DNA of 49,599 nt from positions 8,350 to 57,948 of the forward strand of contig PCCU01000017.1 in assembly GCA_002732015.1 (NCBI GenBank), read 5' to 3'. The position numbers and the translations under genes were made by a program. The DNA is from Candidatus Pelagibacterales bacterium. Lineage in GTDB: Bacteria; Pseudomonadota; Alphaproteobacteria; TMED109. Shown here one piece after another: positions 17,706 through 27,030 of this stretch; the stretch's first letter is position 1; the number at the start of each line of letters is the position of its first letter. The notes below the pieces were generated by a model. It had not been told where the DNA came from and made no database searches. It saw only the letters and a list, made by a program, of their open reading frames with translations.

Positions 17706-19457
17706 CTATTTTAAAACACCTGGGTGTGTATTTTGAACATGGTGTTTTGAATTTACTGGTCTGATAAACAAATTAGAAAAAAATGCTATAACTAATAGAG
17801 TAGCCATAGCATACATAGTGGTATTATATAAACTAGGCGTAGGATCTACAGTTCCCTCAGGTACAATTTCCATTAGTTTCGAAACTGTTACAGTTTTAGC
17901 TTTTACTAATTCTTCAAGTTTATCTACTGGAGCTCCAAACTTTTCCAAAAATAAGGTCGGATCAATTTTAGAAACTAAATTATTAATAGAGTCAGTAACA
18001 GACATATTTCTTAAATAAGTAATAGCAAATGGGCCAAGTACACCAGCTGTACTCCATGCTGTTAAGAGTCTGCCGTGAATACCTCCAACATGCATAGTTC
18101 CAAACATATCTGCTAGATATGCAGGTATTGTAGCAAAGCCTCCACCATACATTGTAAAAATAATCATTGTTGCAGCATAAAACATTACTAAGTACATAAC
18201 AGATGGATTTACACTTACAGCACTAGCTGTAAATGGTATAGACAGATATAGCAAGGTTCCTAAAACAAAGAAACAATGATAAGTGTTTTTTCTACCTATA
18301 TAATCTGAAAGTGATGCCCAAATAATTCTTCCACACATATTAAAAACACTAATCATTAACACATATGTTCCTGCAAATGTTGCAGTAACTATACTAGCTA
18401 ATTCACTTCCAGAGGGCGCTGAACCAAATATTTCTGACATCATAGTTTTTGCTACACCAATAACTCCTATACCTGCTGAAACGTTAAAACATAGAACAAT
18501 CCAAAGTTGATAAAATTGAGGAGTTTTTATAGCCTGATTAATATGAACGTTATCCAAAGTTTTCATTTTAGCTGCTGACTCTTCTGGACTTGGAGGTTTA
18601 TAACCTTTTGGAGCCCATCCTTCAGCAGGGACTCTGTACTGAAAAGCAGCAATTATCATAATAATAAAATATACAATACCCAAAGTTAAAAATGCTCCTG
18701 TTGCTCCTGTGTTGCCAGTTCCCACTATGTAAACACCTGCATCACCTGGAACAGCCATTTGTGCAGCCTCAGTTGCTGAAGCAACTACTACCTCTACTTT
18801 TTCTCCAGCTACGTCTACAAATCTTCTTCCACCTTCTGTAATCAAATTAACTGCGCCTTCAGCACCTAAATAATCTGGCGCCTTTGCAAAATAATCCAAA
18901 AGAAACTTTTTTAGGGGCGCACCAATCATTGCTCCTCCTCCAAAGCCCATGATTGCCATTCCTGTAGCCATACCCCGTCTATCAGGAAACCACCTTATTA
19001 AAGTTGATACTGGAGAAACATATCCTAATCCAAGTCCACATCCACCAAATACTCCATAGCCTAAATAAACTAACCATAATTGATGGGTGTAAATACCAAG
19101 ACTACCAATAATAAAACCTCCTCCCCATAAAGTGGCTGCAGTTACACCTACGCACCTAGGCCCAACATCTTCGAGCCATTTTCCAGCAATAGCTGCAGCT
19201 AATCCTAGACTTACAATAGCAACGGAAAATATCCATACTACGGCTCCAAGGCTCCAATCATCCGCTGAGCTAGAAGCAACTCCTAACTCTTTTATTAGAG
19301 CCGGATTAAAAATACTCCATGCATAAACAGAACCAATACAAAGATGTATGGCAATTGAGGCTGGAGGAATTCTCCAACGATTAAAATTTTTTGATGCTAC
19401 AATTCTGTCTTTCAACAAAAAAGAAAAGAATCCACCAGAAGTTTTAGAATTACTCAT
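17706..19457 (-). CDS. OFA-family (oxalate/formate antiporter-like) MFS transporter
   Basis: HLCIGSVYAWSIFN, GLGLGYVSPVSTLIRWFPDRRGMATGMAIMGFGGGA, YGGGFATIPAYLADMFG, IHGRLLTAWS. Confidence 0.88.
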   Translation of the reverse strand: MSNSKTSGGFFSFLLKDRIVASKNFNRWRIPPASIAIHLCIGSVYAWSIFNPALIKELGVASSSADDWSLGAVVWIFSVAIVSLGLAAAIAGKWLEDVGPRCVGVTAATLWGGGFIIGSLGIYTHQLWLVYLGYGVFGGCGLGLGYVSPVSTLIRWFPDRRGMATGMAIMGFGGGAMIGAPLKKFLLDYFAKAPDYLGAEGAVNLITEGGRRFVDVAGEKVEVVVASATEAAQMAVPGDAGVYIVGTGNTGATGAFLTLGIVYFIIMIIAAFQYRVPAEGWAPKGYKPPSPEESAAKMKTLDNVHINQAIKTPQFYQLWIVLCFNVSAGIGVIGVAKTMMSEIFGSAPSGSELASIVTATFAGTYVLMISVFNMCGRIIWASLSDYIGRKNTYHCFFVLGTLLYLSIPFTASAVSVNPSVMYLVMFYAATMIIFTMYGGGFATIPAYLADMFGTMHVGGIHGRLLTAWSTAGVLGPFAITYLRNMSVTDSINNLVSKIDPTLFLEKFGAPVDKLEELVKAKTVTVSKLMEIVPEGTVDPTPSLYNTTMYAMATLLVIAFFSNLFIRPVNSKHHVQNTHPGVLK

Positions 19458-19512
19458 ATTTTTCTCCCTTAAGTATTATTATAATAATCTCTTAGTTAAA
19501 ATAATGCTATAA

Positions 19513-22254
19513 CTAATTGTTGATTTCTACTTTTGCAGCACAATATTTAAATTCAGGAATTTTTCCATAAGGGTCTAATTGAGGATTTGTAAGTTTGTTA
19601 GCTGCTGCCTCTCTAAAACAAAAAGGTATAAATATCATGCCCTTAGGAAGCTCTCTATCTTGTCTAACACTTAGATCAATAGAGCCTCTTCTGGTTTTTA
19701 CTTTTACCTTGTTACCAGGTTGAATATTAAGATAATCCATATCTAAACTGTTCATGCTAACCACTGCTTCAGGTTCAATATTATCTAAAGTGACTGATCT
19801 CCTTGTCATTGCTCCAGTATGCCAATGTTCTAACAAACGCCCAGTTGTTAAAACAAATGGAAATTCTTGATCAGGAAGTTCATCAGGAGAAATAATATTT
19901 GTAGGAACTATTTTTCCTAGCCCAGAAGAAGTTGGAAACTTTTGTGCAAAAACTATTTCACTACCTGGCTTATCTTTATCTTCACAAGGATAAGTAACTG
20001 AGTCTTCATTATCAACTCGTTCCCAAGTAATATTTTTTAAAGATGGCATTATTTGAGCCATTTCTTTAAAAACATCTGAAGCATGATTATATTTCCAATT
20101 CAGTCCTAATGAATTTGCTAAATCAATTATAATATCAAGATCTTCTCTTGCTTGCCCAGGAGGGTTAACTACTTTTCTTCCCATTTGGACTTGCCTATTT
20201 GTATTTGTAAATGTACCGTTTTTTTCAGCATGAGCCGATGCTGGTAAAATTATATCAGCATACCAAGCTGTTTCAGTCATAAAAATATCTTGTACAACTA
20301 ATGTATCTAGTTTTATCATCCCATCAATTGTATGATTTTGGTCAGGATCAGACATTACGGGATTTTCGCCCATAACATACATACCTTTAATTTTGCCTTT
20401 ACATACATTGTCTATAATCTCAACTACAGTTAAGCCTTTTTTATTATCAAGTTCAGTTTTCCAGAAACTTTCCATACTGTTATGTATGTCTACATCTTCA
20501 ACTGATTTATAATCAGGAAAAACCATAGGAATCAACCCAGCATCAGATGCTCCCTGAACATTATTTTGTCCTCTTAAAGGATGTAATCCTGTACCTGGTC
20601 TTCCAATATGGCCAGTTATCAATGCTAATGTAATCAAACACCGAGAGTTATCTGTCCCATGAATATGTTGTGAAATACCCATTCCCCAGAATATTATAGA
20701 CCTCTCAGATTTGGCGTATACTCTAGCTGTATCTCTAATATCTTCGGCCTTAATTCCGCAAACTTTTTCCATTTCCTCAGGCTTAAATTTCTTAATATTT
20801 TCTGTTAAGGCCTTAAAACCCTCTGTCATAGAAGCAATATATTGTTCGTCATAAAGTTTTTCTTCTATAATTGTATAAATCATGGAGTTCAGCAAAGCTA
20901 CATCTTTTCCTGGTTTAAACTGTAAATGTCTGTATGCGTGCCTGCTAAGATCCTGTTTTCTTGGGTCCATTATTATAAGTTTCTTACCATCTTTAGCTGC
21001 TCTTTTGAAATAAGTTGCAGCGACTGGATGATTTGTAGTAGGTCTTGCTCCTATAACTATCATACAATCAGCATCTTTAACTGCGGTAAATGGTGCAGAA
21101 ACAGCTCCAGAACCAACACATTCCATTAATGCCGCTACTGAAGAGGCATGACATAACCTGGTGCAATGGTCTACATTATTAGTTTGAAAAGCAGTTCTTA
21201 TAAGTTTTTGAAATAGATAGGCCTCTTCATTTGATCCTTTTGCCGAACCAAAACCACATACTGAAGAGGGGCCAGAACTTTCTTTAATTTTCATTAATTT
21301 AGTAGCGGATAGTTCTATTACCTCCTTCCAGCTTGCTTCTCTAAAGAAATCCTCAACTTTTAATTTAGAATAATCATCTATTTTTTTCTTCACAACTCCT
21401 TCTCTTCTAATCAAAGGTTTTTTTAGCCTTCCTTCATTATGAATATAATCAAAGCCAAATCTACCTTTTACACATAATTTTTGATTGTTAGCAGGGCCAT
21501 CTCTACCATCAACCTGAACAATCTTTTCATTTTTTACATATACCTTTGTCTGGCAACCTACTCCACAATAAGGACAAAGACTATCCACAGTTCTATCTTC
21601 AAAAATTTCTCTAGATCCTTTTTCATCTAGAAGGCTTTTCTCCATAAGTGCTCCAGTAGGACAAGCTTGCACACATTCCCCACATCCTACGCAACTAGAA
21701 GAACCCATCTCATCATCAAAATCAAATATTACCTTTGACTTATTTCCTCTAAAGGCCATTCCTATCACATCATTAGATTGGACCTCTCTGCATGCTCTCA
21801 CACAAAGGTTACAATTTATGCAAGCTTGTAAATTTACATGCATAGAAGGGTGAGATATATCTCTATCTAAATTTTTATTCTTAGGAAATATTTTTTCGTC
21901 AGCATCTAACTTCTCACTCCATTTCCAAAATTTAGACTCAGGATCTGGGTGACTATTTTTGCAAGGTTGATCTGCAGCTAATAATTCAAAAATCATTTTT
22001 TGTGTATCTTTTACTTCTCCTGATATAGAATTTACTTCCATTCCTTCAGTAGGTTTCCTGATACATGATGCTGCTAAAGTTCTTTCATTATCTATTTGTA
22101 CAACACATGCTCTACAATTACCGTCTGGGTCATAGCCTACCTCGTCTGCATGACATAAATGAGGAATCTCAACGCTATTATTTTTAGCAGCTTGCCAGAT
22201 GCTTTCTCCTTTATTAGCAGTTATTTCTTTCCCATTTAACTTAAATTTAATCAT
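19513..22254 (-). CDS. fdhF: NAD-linked formate dehydrogenase alpha subunit (Mo/W-bisPGD, Cys-ligated)
   Basis: 2Fe-2S (PHLC...GNCRAC...AASC), two 4Fe-4S (CINCNLCVRAC, CVGCGECVQACP), CPYCGVGC...LCVKGRFG, NVDHCTRLCHASS, PLRGQNNVQG, PEFKYCA. Confidence 0.93.
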   Translation of the reverse strand: MIKFKLNGKEITANKGESIWQAAKNNSVEIPHLCHADEVGYDPDGNCRACVVQIDNERTLAASCIRKPTEGMEVNSISGEVKDTQKMIFELLAADQPCKNSHPDPESKFWKWSEKLDADEKIFPKNKNLDRDISHPSMHVNLQACINCNLCVRACREVQSNDVIGMAFRGNKSKVIFDFDDEMGSSSCVGCGECVQACPTGALMEKSLLDEKGSREIFEDRTVDSLCPYCGVGCQTKVYVKNEKIVQVDGRDGPANNQKLCVKGRFGFDYIHNEGRLKKPLIRREGVVKKKIDDYSKLKVEDFFREASWKEVIELSATKLMKIKESSGPSSVCGFGSAKGSNEEAYLFQKLIRTAFQTNNVDHCTRLCHASSVAALMECVGSGAVSAPFTAVKDADCMIVIGARPTTNHPVAATYFKRAAKDGKKLIIMDPRKQDLSRHAYRHLQFKPGKDVALLNSMIYTIIEEKLYDEQYIASMTEGFKALTENIKKFKPEEMEKVCGIKAEDIRDTARVYAKSERSIIFWGMGISQHIHGTDNSRCLITLALITGHIGRPGTGLHPLRGQNNVQGASDAGLIPMVFPDYKSVEDVDIHNSMESFWKTELDNKKGLTVVEIIDNVCKGKIKGMYVMGENPVMSDPDQNHTIDGMIKLDTLVVQDIFMTETAWYADIILPASAHAEKNGTFTNTNRQVQMGRKVVNPPGQAREDLDIIIDLANSLGLNWKYNHASDVFKEMAQIMPSLKNITWERVDNEDSVTYPCEDKDKPGSEIVFAQKFPTSSGLGKIVPTNIISPDELPDQEFPFVLTTGRLLEHWHTGAMTRRSVTLDNIEPEAVVSMNSLDMDYLNIQPGNKVKVKTRRGSIDLSVRQDRELPKGMIFIPFCFREAAANKLTNPQLDPYGKIPEFKYCAAKVEINN

Positions 22255-23937
22255 TTATATAACGTCTTTTTCAAAATGATTGATTATTGATTGTAGTGGA
22301 TTAGGGGCTGCTTGTCCCAATCCGCATATGGAGGCTTTGTTCATAGTTTTAGAAAGCTTTTTCAATAGTTCAATATCCCATTTTTTTTCTTTCATAAGTT
22401 TTACAGCCATAGATGTACCATTCCTACAAGGAGTACATTGGCCACAGCTTTCATCTTCAAAAAATTTCATTAGATTTAAGCCTATTTCTCTCATATCCAC
22501 TTTATCTGACAGTATTACAATAGCTGCAGAACCTATAAAACAATTATACTCTTGAAGTGTATCAAAGTCTAGAGGTATATCTCCTAGACTTTCAGGAAGG
22601 ATACCACCAGATGCTCCTCCAGGGAGATATCCTTTAAATGTATGACCATCAAGCATTCCTCCACAATGTTCTTCTATAAGTTGATTAACCGTAATACCAG
22701 CATCTGTTAATTTGATACCAGGTTTTTTTACAAAACCAGACACAGAAAATGTCCTGAGCCCTTTTCTTCCATTTCTTCCATAAGAGCTAAACCATTTTCC
22801 TCCCTTCTCATAGATTTCTCTAATCCAATAAACTGTTTCAACGTTGTGAACTAAAGTAGGTCTTCCAAACAAGCCAACTTCTGCAACGTAAGGAGGTCTA
22901 TTTCTGGGAAGACCTCTTTTTCCTTCAATAGACTCTATAAGTGCAGACTCTTCTCCACAGATATATGCTCCTGCTCCTCGTCGTATTTCTAGAAAATTCT
23001 TTTCCACTATTTTGTTATCTTCAAGAATTTTTACTTGCTGTTCTATTAGTTTTATAAGACCATAATATTCATCTCTAATGTAGAGGTAACATTTTTTAGC
23101 ATCTACTAATTTTGCTGCAACTAAAGTACCTTCTAAAAATCTATGAGGATCTTTATTTAAATAATATCTGTCTTTAAAAGTTCCTGGTTCTCCTTCATCT
23201 GCATTAATACACATTAACTTTGGACCTTTGTAAGATTTTACAAATTGCCATTTCTTAAAAGCTGGAAAACCTGCTCCTCCTAATCCTCTCAAACCTGCCT
23301 CAGAAAAAATATCTGTCATTTGTTCAAAACTTACGTCACCATTTGAAACTTTTTTAAATAATTGGTATCCACCTTTAGCAAAATACTCTTCATAAGTAAT
23401 AAATGTATCATTATTATAGGAAAAATTTTTTTCAGATATTGCTTTTGATACTTTTGTGTTATCAGCATTTAAAATATGATTATGGTTAACTTCTACTACA
23501 GGAGCATGATTACATCTACCCATACATGGCGCTTTTTCTACTCTACAATTTTTATGTTTAAGTTTAACGTTATGGTAGAGTTTCTCTGAGTCATTCATTG
23601 CGCAGGTAATACTGTCACATACCTTTATAGTAACATCAGGTACAGTAATATCATCTTCATCCATAATATGAAAATGAGCGTAAAAGCTGGCAACTTCATA
23701 TATCTCAGACATGCTAAGTTTCATTAATTCTGATAATGCTCTCATGTGTTTAGGAAATAAAGCATTATATTTATCATTAAATAGATGTAAATATTCTATT
23801 AACATATCTTTTTTTAAAGGGAAAAAATTACTAAGTAATTCTTGAGCCTCTAATAAAGAGGTTTTATCAACTTGTCTTCCTTTGTTAAAAAAAACTTTTT
23901 TTCTTCTTCCTGGAGCTCTTTTATTTAAAGTTTGCAT
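22255..23937 (-). CDS. Formate dehydrogenase beta (diaphorase) subunit, NuoE-NuoF fusion
   Basis: VCDSITC...PCMGRC (2Fe-2S), GLRGLGGAGFP, NADEGEPGTFKDR, GAGAYICGEESAL, ESCGQCTPCR...ICGLG. Confidence 0.92.
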   Translation of the reverse strand: MQTLNKRAPGRRKKVFFNKGRQVDKTSLLEAQELLSNFFPLKKDMLIEYLHLFNDKYNALFPKHMRALSELMKLSMSEIYEVASFYAHFHIMDEDDITVPDVTIKVCDSITCAMNDSEKLYHNVKLKHKNCRVEKAPCMGRCNHAPVVEVNHNHILNADNTKVSKAISEKNFSYNNDTFITYEEYFAKGGYQLFKKVSNGDVSFEQMTDIFSEAGLRGLGGAGFPAFKKWQFVKSYKGPKLMCINADEGEPGTFKDRYYLNKDPHRFLEGTLVAAKLVDAKKCYLYIRDEYYGLIKLIEQQVKILEDNKIVEKNFLEIRRGAGAYICGEESALIESIEGKRGLPRNRPPYVAEVGLFGRPTLVHNVETVYWIREIYEKGGKWFSSYGRNGRKGLRTFSVSGFVKKPGIKLTDAGITVNQLIEEHCGGMLDGHTFKGYLPGGASGGILPESLGDIPLDFDTLQEYNCFIGSAAIVILSDKVDMREIGLNLMKFFEDESCGQCTPCRNGTSMAVKLMKEKKWDIELLKKLSKTMNKASICGLGQAAPNPLQSIINHFEKDVI

Positions 23938-24141
23938 TTATACAATATACCCATAAAATTATAATATTTACATATGATGAAAAATAATAAAAGTATTTTA
24001 CAATTTTATTTTTATAACTAATACACATTATATAGTATTTTTTGAATATAATTCTTATAATTGTTTATTTTTTTGGAAAATATTTGAAGTTTTTTAAATG
24101 TCGCTTTTTTACAACATAAATTATAAAAATAGTATTAATAA

Positions 24142-24657
24142 TTGACTAATATAATTGGCATATCAGGTTGGAGTGGTTCCGGAAAAACTAAGTTAATAAC
24201 CAATTTAATAAAGTTTTTTAAAGATAATTATAGTTTAAAGGTATGTGCATTAAAGCATGCTCATCATACTTTTGAATTAGACCAAAAGGGAAAAGACTCT
24301 CAAAAAATGTTTGCAGCAGGAGCCAATCAAGTAATCATAGCATCCTCAAAACAATGGGCAATAATAAATAAAATAGACAACGAAGAACCTCCTTTAGAAG
24401 AATTATTAAGACATTCTAAGGATAATATTGATATAATATTAGTTGAAGGATGGAAGTTTAGCAAAATAAAAAAAATAGAAGTTTACAGAAAAATCTTAAA
24501 AAAAGAAATGCTTTCGAGTCAAGATAAAAACTTTATAGCTATAGCTACAGACGAAAAAAAATTAAGTATTAAAGCAAAAATACCAATTCTAAATATTAAT
24601 GATACAAGACAGATAGGTAATTTTATATTAAAAATTTTAAAAATAAATAATGTATAA
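24142..24657 (+). CDS. mobB: Molybdopterin-guanine dinucleotide biosynthesis protein B
   Basis: GWSGSGKT, KHAHHTFELDQKGKDS, ILVEGWK, KIEVYR; TTG start. Confidence 0.92.
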   Translation: MTNIIGISGWSGSGKTKLITNLIKFFKDNYSLKVCALKHAHHTFELDQKGKDSQKMFAAGANQVIIASSKQWAIINKIDNEEPPLEELLRHSKDNIDIILVEGWKFSKIKKIEVYRKILKKEMLSSQDKNFIAIATDEKKLSIKAKIPILNINDTRQIGNFILKILKINNV

Positions 24658-25858
24658 ATTCAATCAAATAGAAAAGTTAATTAAAAATAATATTAGTTTA
24701 ATAAAACAAACTGAGATAATCAAAATTAAAAATGCTAAAGATAGATATTTAGCTGAAAGTGTATATTCGAAAATTGACATACCTCCAAATAATAACGCTG
24801 CAGTAGATGGTTATTTATTTAATTATAAAAGTTTAATATCGGATCCATTAAAAAAGTATCAAGTACTCTCGGAAGTTCATGCAGGAGACGAAAATATAAA
24901 AAATTATTCTTCTAAAAATGCCGTAAAAATCTCTACAGGAGCTTATCTTCCTAAGAATTTTGATACACTAATTATGGAAGAAGACTTTAATGTAAACAAG
25001 AAAATAATATCCTTAAAAAAGATAGCTATTAAAAAATGGATGAATATAAGAAAAAAAGGTGAAGATATAAAAAAAAAGCAGAAAGTATTTTCATCCGGTC
25101 ATTTTTTGAGACCACAAGACATTGGAATGTTGTCTTCTTTGGGCTACAAAGAGGTTAAAGTAGTTAGAAAAATTAAAGTAGGAATCTTATCTAATGGAAA
25201 TGAGCTTTTGGAACCTGGAAATAAAAAGTCAATAAAAAAAATATATGATAGTAATAGGTACATACTTAATTCTTTTCTAGACAAAAAAAGTATAACTGTG
25301 ATTGACTGCGGAATAGTTAAGGACGACTTCCATAAAATTGAAGAAAAAATTAAAGTTTTAAAAAATAAATGCGATACGATTATAATATCAGGCGGAGCAT
25401 CTGCTGGAAGTAAAGATTATGTAGTGAAAATCATAAAAAAAATTGGAATTTTAAAGTTTTGGAAAGTTTCAATTAAACCAGGCAGACCTTTTGGCTTTGG
25501 AATCTTAAAAGGAAAAAAACCTATTTTAATGCTGCCTGGAAATCCAGTAGCTTGTTTTGTAATCTTTTTTCTTTTTGGTAAAATCTTGTTAAATTATTTA
25601 CAAACAAAGACAACTTTTAAATTAAATTATTTCTTAGTAAAATCTAATTTTTCAATGAAAAAAAAGCTTGGGAGAGAAGAATTTTTAAGAGGTAGAGTGC
25701 TTATTAAAAATGGAATTATGTATGTTGATAAATACAGAAAGCAAGGTGCAGGTATTTTGAACTCATTAGTATGGAGTAATGGTTTAATTAGACTAAAAAG
25801 CAAAGAAACTTTTATAAGAAAAAATAGTATGCTAGAATTTTATCCTTTTGATACGTAA
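24650..25858 (+). CDS. moeA: Molybdopterin molybdotransferase MoeA
   Basis: PPNNNAAVDGY, ISTGA, NIRKKGED, SNGNEL, YDSNR, SGGASAG, IKPGRP, LPGNPV. Confidence 0.93.
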   Translation: MYKFNQIEKLIKNNISLIKQTEIIKIKNAKDRYLAESVYSKIDIPPNNNAAVDGYLFNYKSLISDPLKKYQVLSEVHAGDENIKNYSSKNAVKISTGAYLPKNFDTLIMEEDFNVNKKIISLKKIAIKKWMNIRKKGEDIKKKQKVFSSGHFLRPQDIGMLSSLGYKEVKVVRKIKVGILSNGNELLEPGNKKSIKKIYDSNRYILNSFLDKKSITVIDCGIVKDDFHKIEEKIKVLKNKCDTIIISGGASAGSKDYVVKIIKKIGILKFWKVSIKPGRPFGFGILKGKKPILMLPGNPVACFVIFFLFGKILLNYLQTKTTFKLNYFLVKSNFSMKKKLGREEFLRGRVLIKNGIMYVDKYRKQGAGILNSLVWSNGLIRLKSKETFIRKNSMLEFYPFDT

Positions 25859-25861
25859 AAA

Positions 25862-26080
25862 ATGAAGGATTTTGATTACAGAGGACTAAAATGCCCTATT
25901 CCAGTTATTAAAGCTTTTAAGGAAATTAAAAGTAACCCTAAAGAAAAAAGTTATAATTTCAAATGTGATGATAAAACGGCTCCAAAAGACTTTAGAGACC
26001 TTTGCGAGAATACTGGTTTAAAACTCTCTAAAATAGTTAAAGAAGACTCTTATTATCTAATAATAATTGAAAGACCCTAG
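25862..26080 (+). CDS. tusA: TusA/SirA family sulfur carrier
   Basis: DYRGLKCPIPV (CPxP), DDKTAPKDF; 72 aa. Confidence 0.85.
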   Translation: MKDFDYRGLKCPIPVIKAFKEIKSNPKEKSYNFKCDDKTAPKDFRDLCENTGLKLSKIVKEDSYYLIIIERP

Positions 26081-26778
26081 TTTTCAAAAGTAGCAATAAC
26101 ATTAGTTCCTCCTCCTGATATAGCCCCTTGTAATGCTGTGGATAATACAGTTATAGTAAAAGTATTTACTGAAGGTACACTAGATATAACATGTCTTGTA
26201 TTTAATTCACTAGCAGCAATACCATCAACAGCAGAGGATACATTACTTAGTGTCACATATTGACCTGGAATACCTCCATGAGTACTAGGAGTAGTAATTT
26301 CTAATATTTTAGAACCAGAAGAAGATGTTCTAATAGGATTAGTGCTTAATGACAGAATACTTCTAATATTGGAGTTATTCTGTCTTCCATTTAAATCATC
26401 ACTATTACTAAGACTAGAGATAATCTGAGGCGCTCTTAAGGCTTCTGCTTCTGCCCTAGACTTTATTCTTTTTGTTTTTTCTGCTTCCATTCTTGTTGCC
26501 AATCTAGCAGCATTCTTTAAGTCTCCCATTTTTATCATTTCGTATATAATCTCATCTGCTTTGTTTGTAGAAATATATTCTGAGGCTTTTTGAATTTTAT
26601 TTTGGTTGTAAGAATTTTTATAAACTTCAATATTTTTAATATTATCTCTACATATAGTTAATATTTTGTTTAATTCTATATTTAATTCTATAGCATCTTT
26701 CATGCACGTATTAATATTTTCAGAACTAAAAGTCTTAAAAATAAAAGAAAGTAATAATAAACAAAGTAACTTAATCAT
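26077..26778 (-). CDS. Hypothetical exported protein with Ser/Thr/Gly-rich C-terminal beta domain
   Basis: 233-aa ORF; signal-peptide-like MIKLLCLLLLSFIFKTFS; helical middle; C-terminal TNPIRTSSSGS...THG...GQYVTLSNV...TFTITV...GGG. Confidence 0.7.
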   Translation of the reverse strand: MIKLLCLLLLSFIFKTFSSENINTCMKDAIELNIELNKILTICRDNIKNIEVYKNSYNQNKIQKASEYISTNKADEIIYEMIKMGDLKNAARLATRMEAEKTKRIKSRAEAEALRAPQIISSLSNSDDLNGRQNNSNIRSILSLSTNPIRTSSSGSKILEITTPSTHGGIPGQYVTLSNVSSAVDGIAASELNTRHVISSVPSVNTFTITVLSTALQGAISGGGTNVIATFEN

Positions 26779-26912
26779 AAATATCTCATTTTTGAGCGTA
26801 CCAGAACATAATTAATTATATATTTTTAACAAAGATTTATCAAATTACTTTTACTAAAATCAAATCTTGCAATGCCTAATATCATAAAAATAAAATAATT
26901 TATCAAAAGCAA

Positions 26913-26987
26913 TGGTGAGCCCGCTGGGATTCGAACCCAGGACCCCTCGCTTAAAAGGCGAATGCTCTACCGCTGAGCTACGGGCTC
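26913..26987 (-). tRNA. tRNA-Lys(TTT)
   Basis: GAGCCCG acceptor stem, anticodon arm TTCGC-CTTTTAA-GCGAG, GGTTCGAATCC, encoded CCA; 75 nt. Confidence 0.96.
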
Positions 26988-27030
26988 TTATAAATTAATA
27001 TCTATATTATTATTTCAATATTATTTCAAG

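Noticed and set aside
19513-22254. Selenocysteine-containing FDH
   Set aside because: The ORF is uninterrupted and the metal ligand position is Cys (RLCHASS).
22255-23937. Respiratory complex I nuoEF or NAD-reducing hydrogenase
   Set aside because: Directly abuts the FDH alpha gene; no other nuo or hydrogenase genes are present.
23938-24141. Moco/Wco riboswitch or ModE box in the fdh-mobB divergent region
   Set aside because: Almost pure A/T with no stable GC stems; ATTATAT-N12-ATATAAT lacks the CG flanks and is expected by chance.
16167-26987. Formate cluster bounded by two tRNAs as an integrative genomic island
   Set aside because: No integrase or transposase, and I saw no duplicated tRNA 3' end (att). 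mobA, mobB and moeA show the same AT/Lys-Ile-Asn bias as core genes, so any transfer is old.
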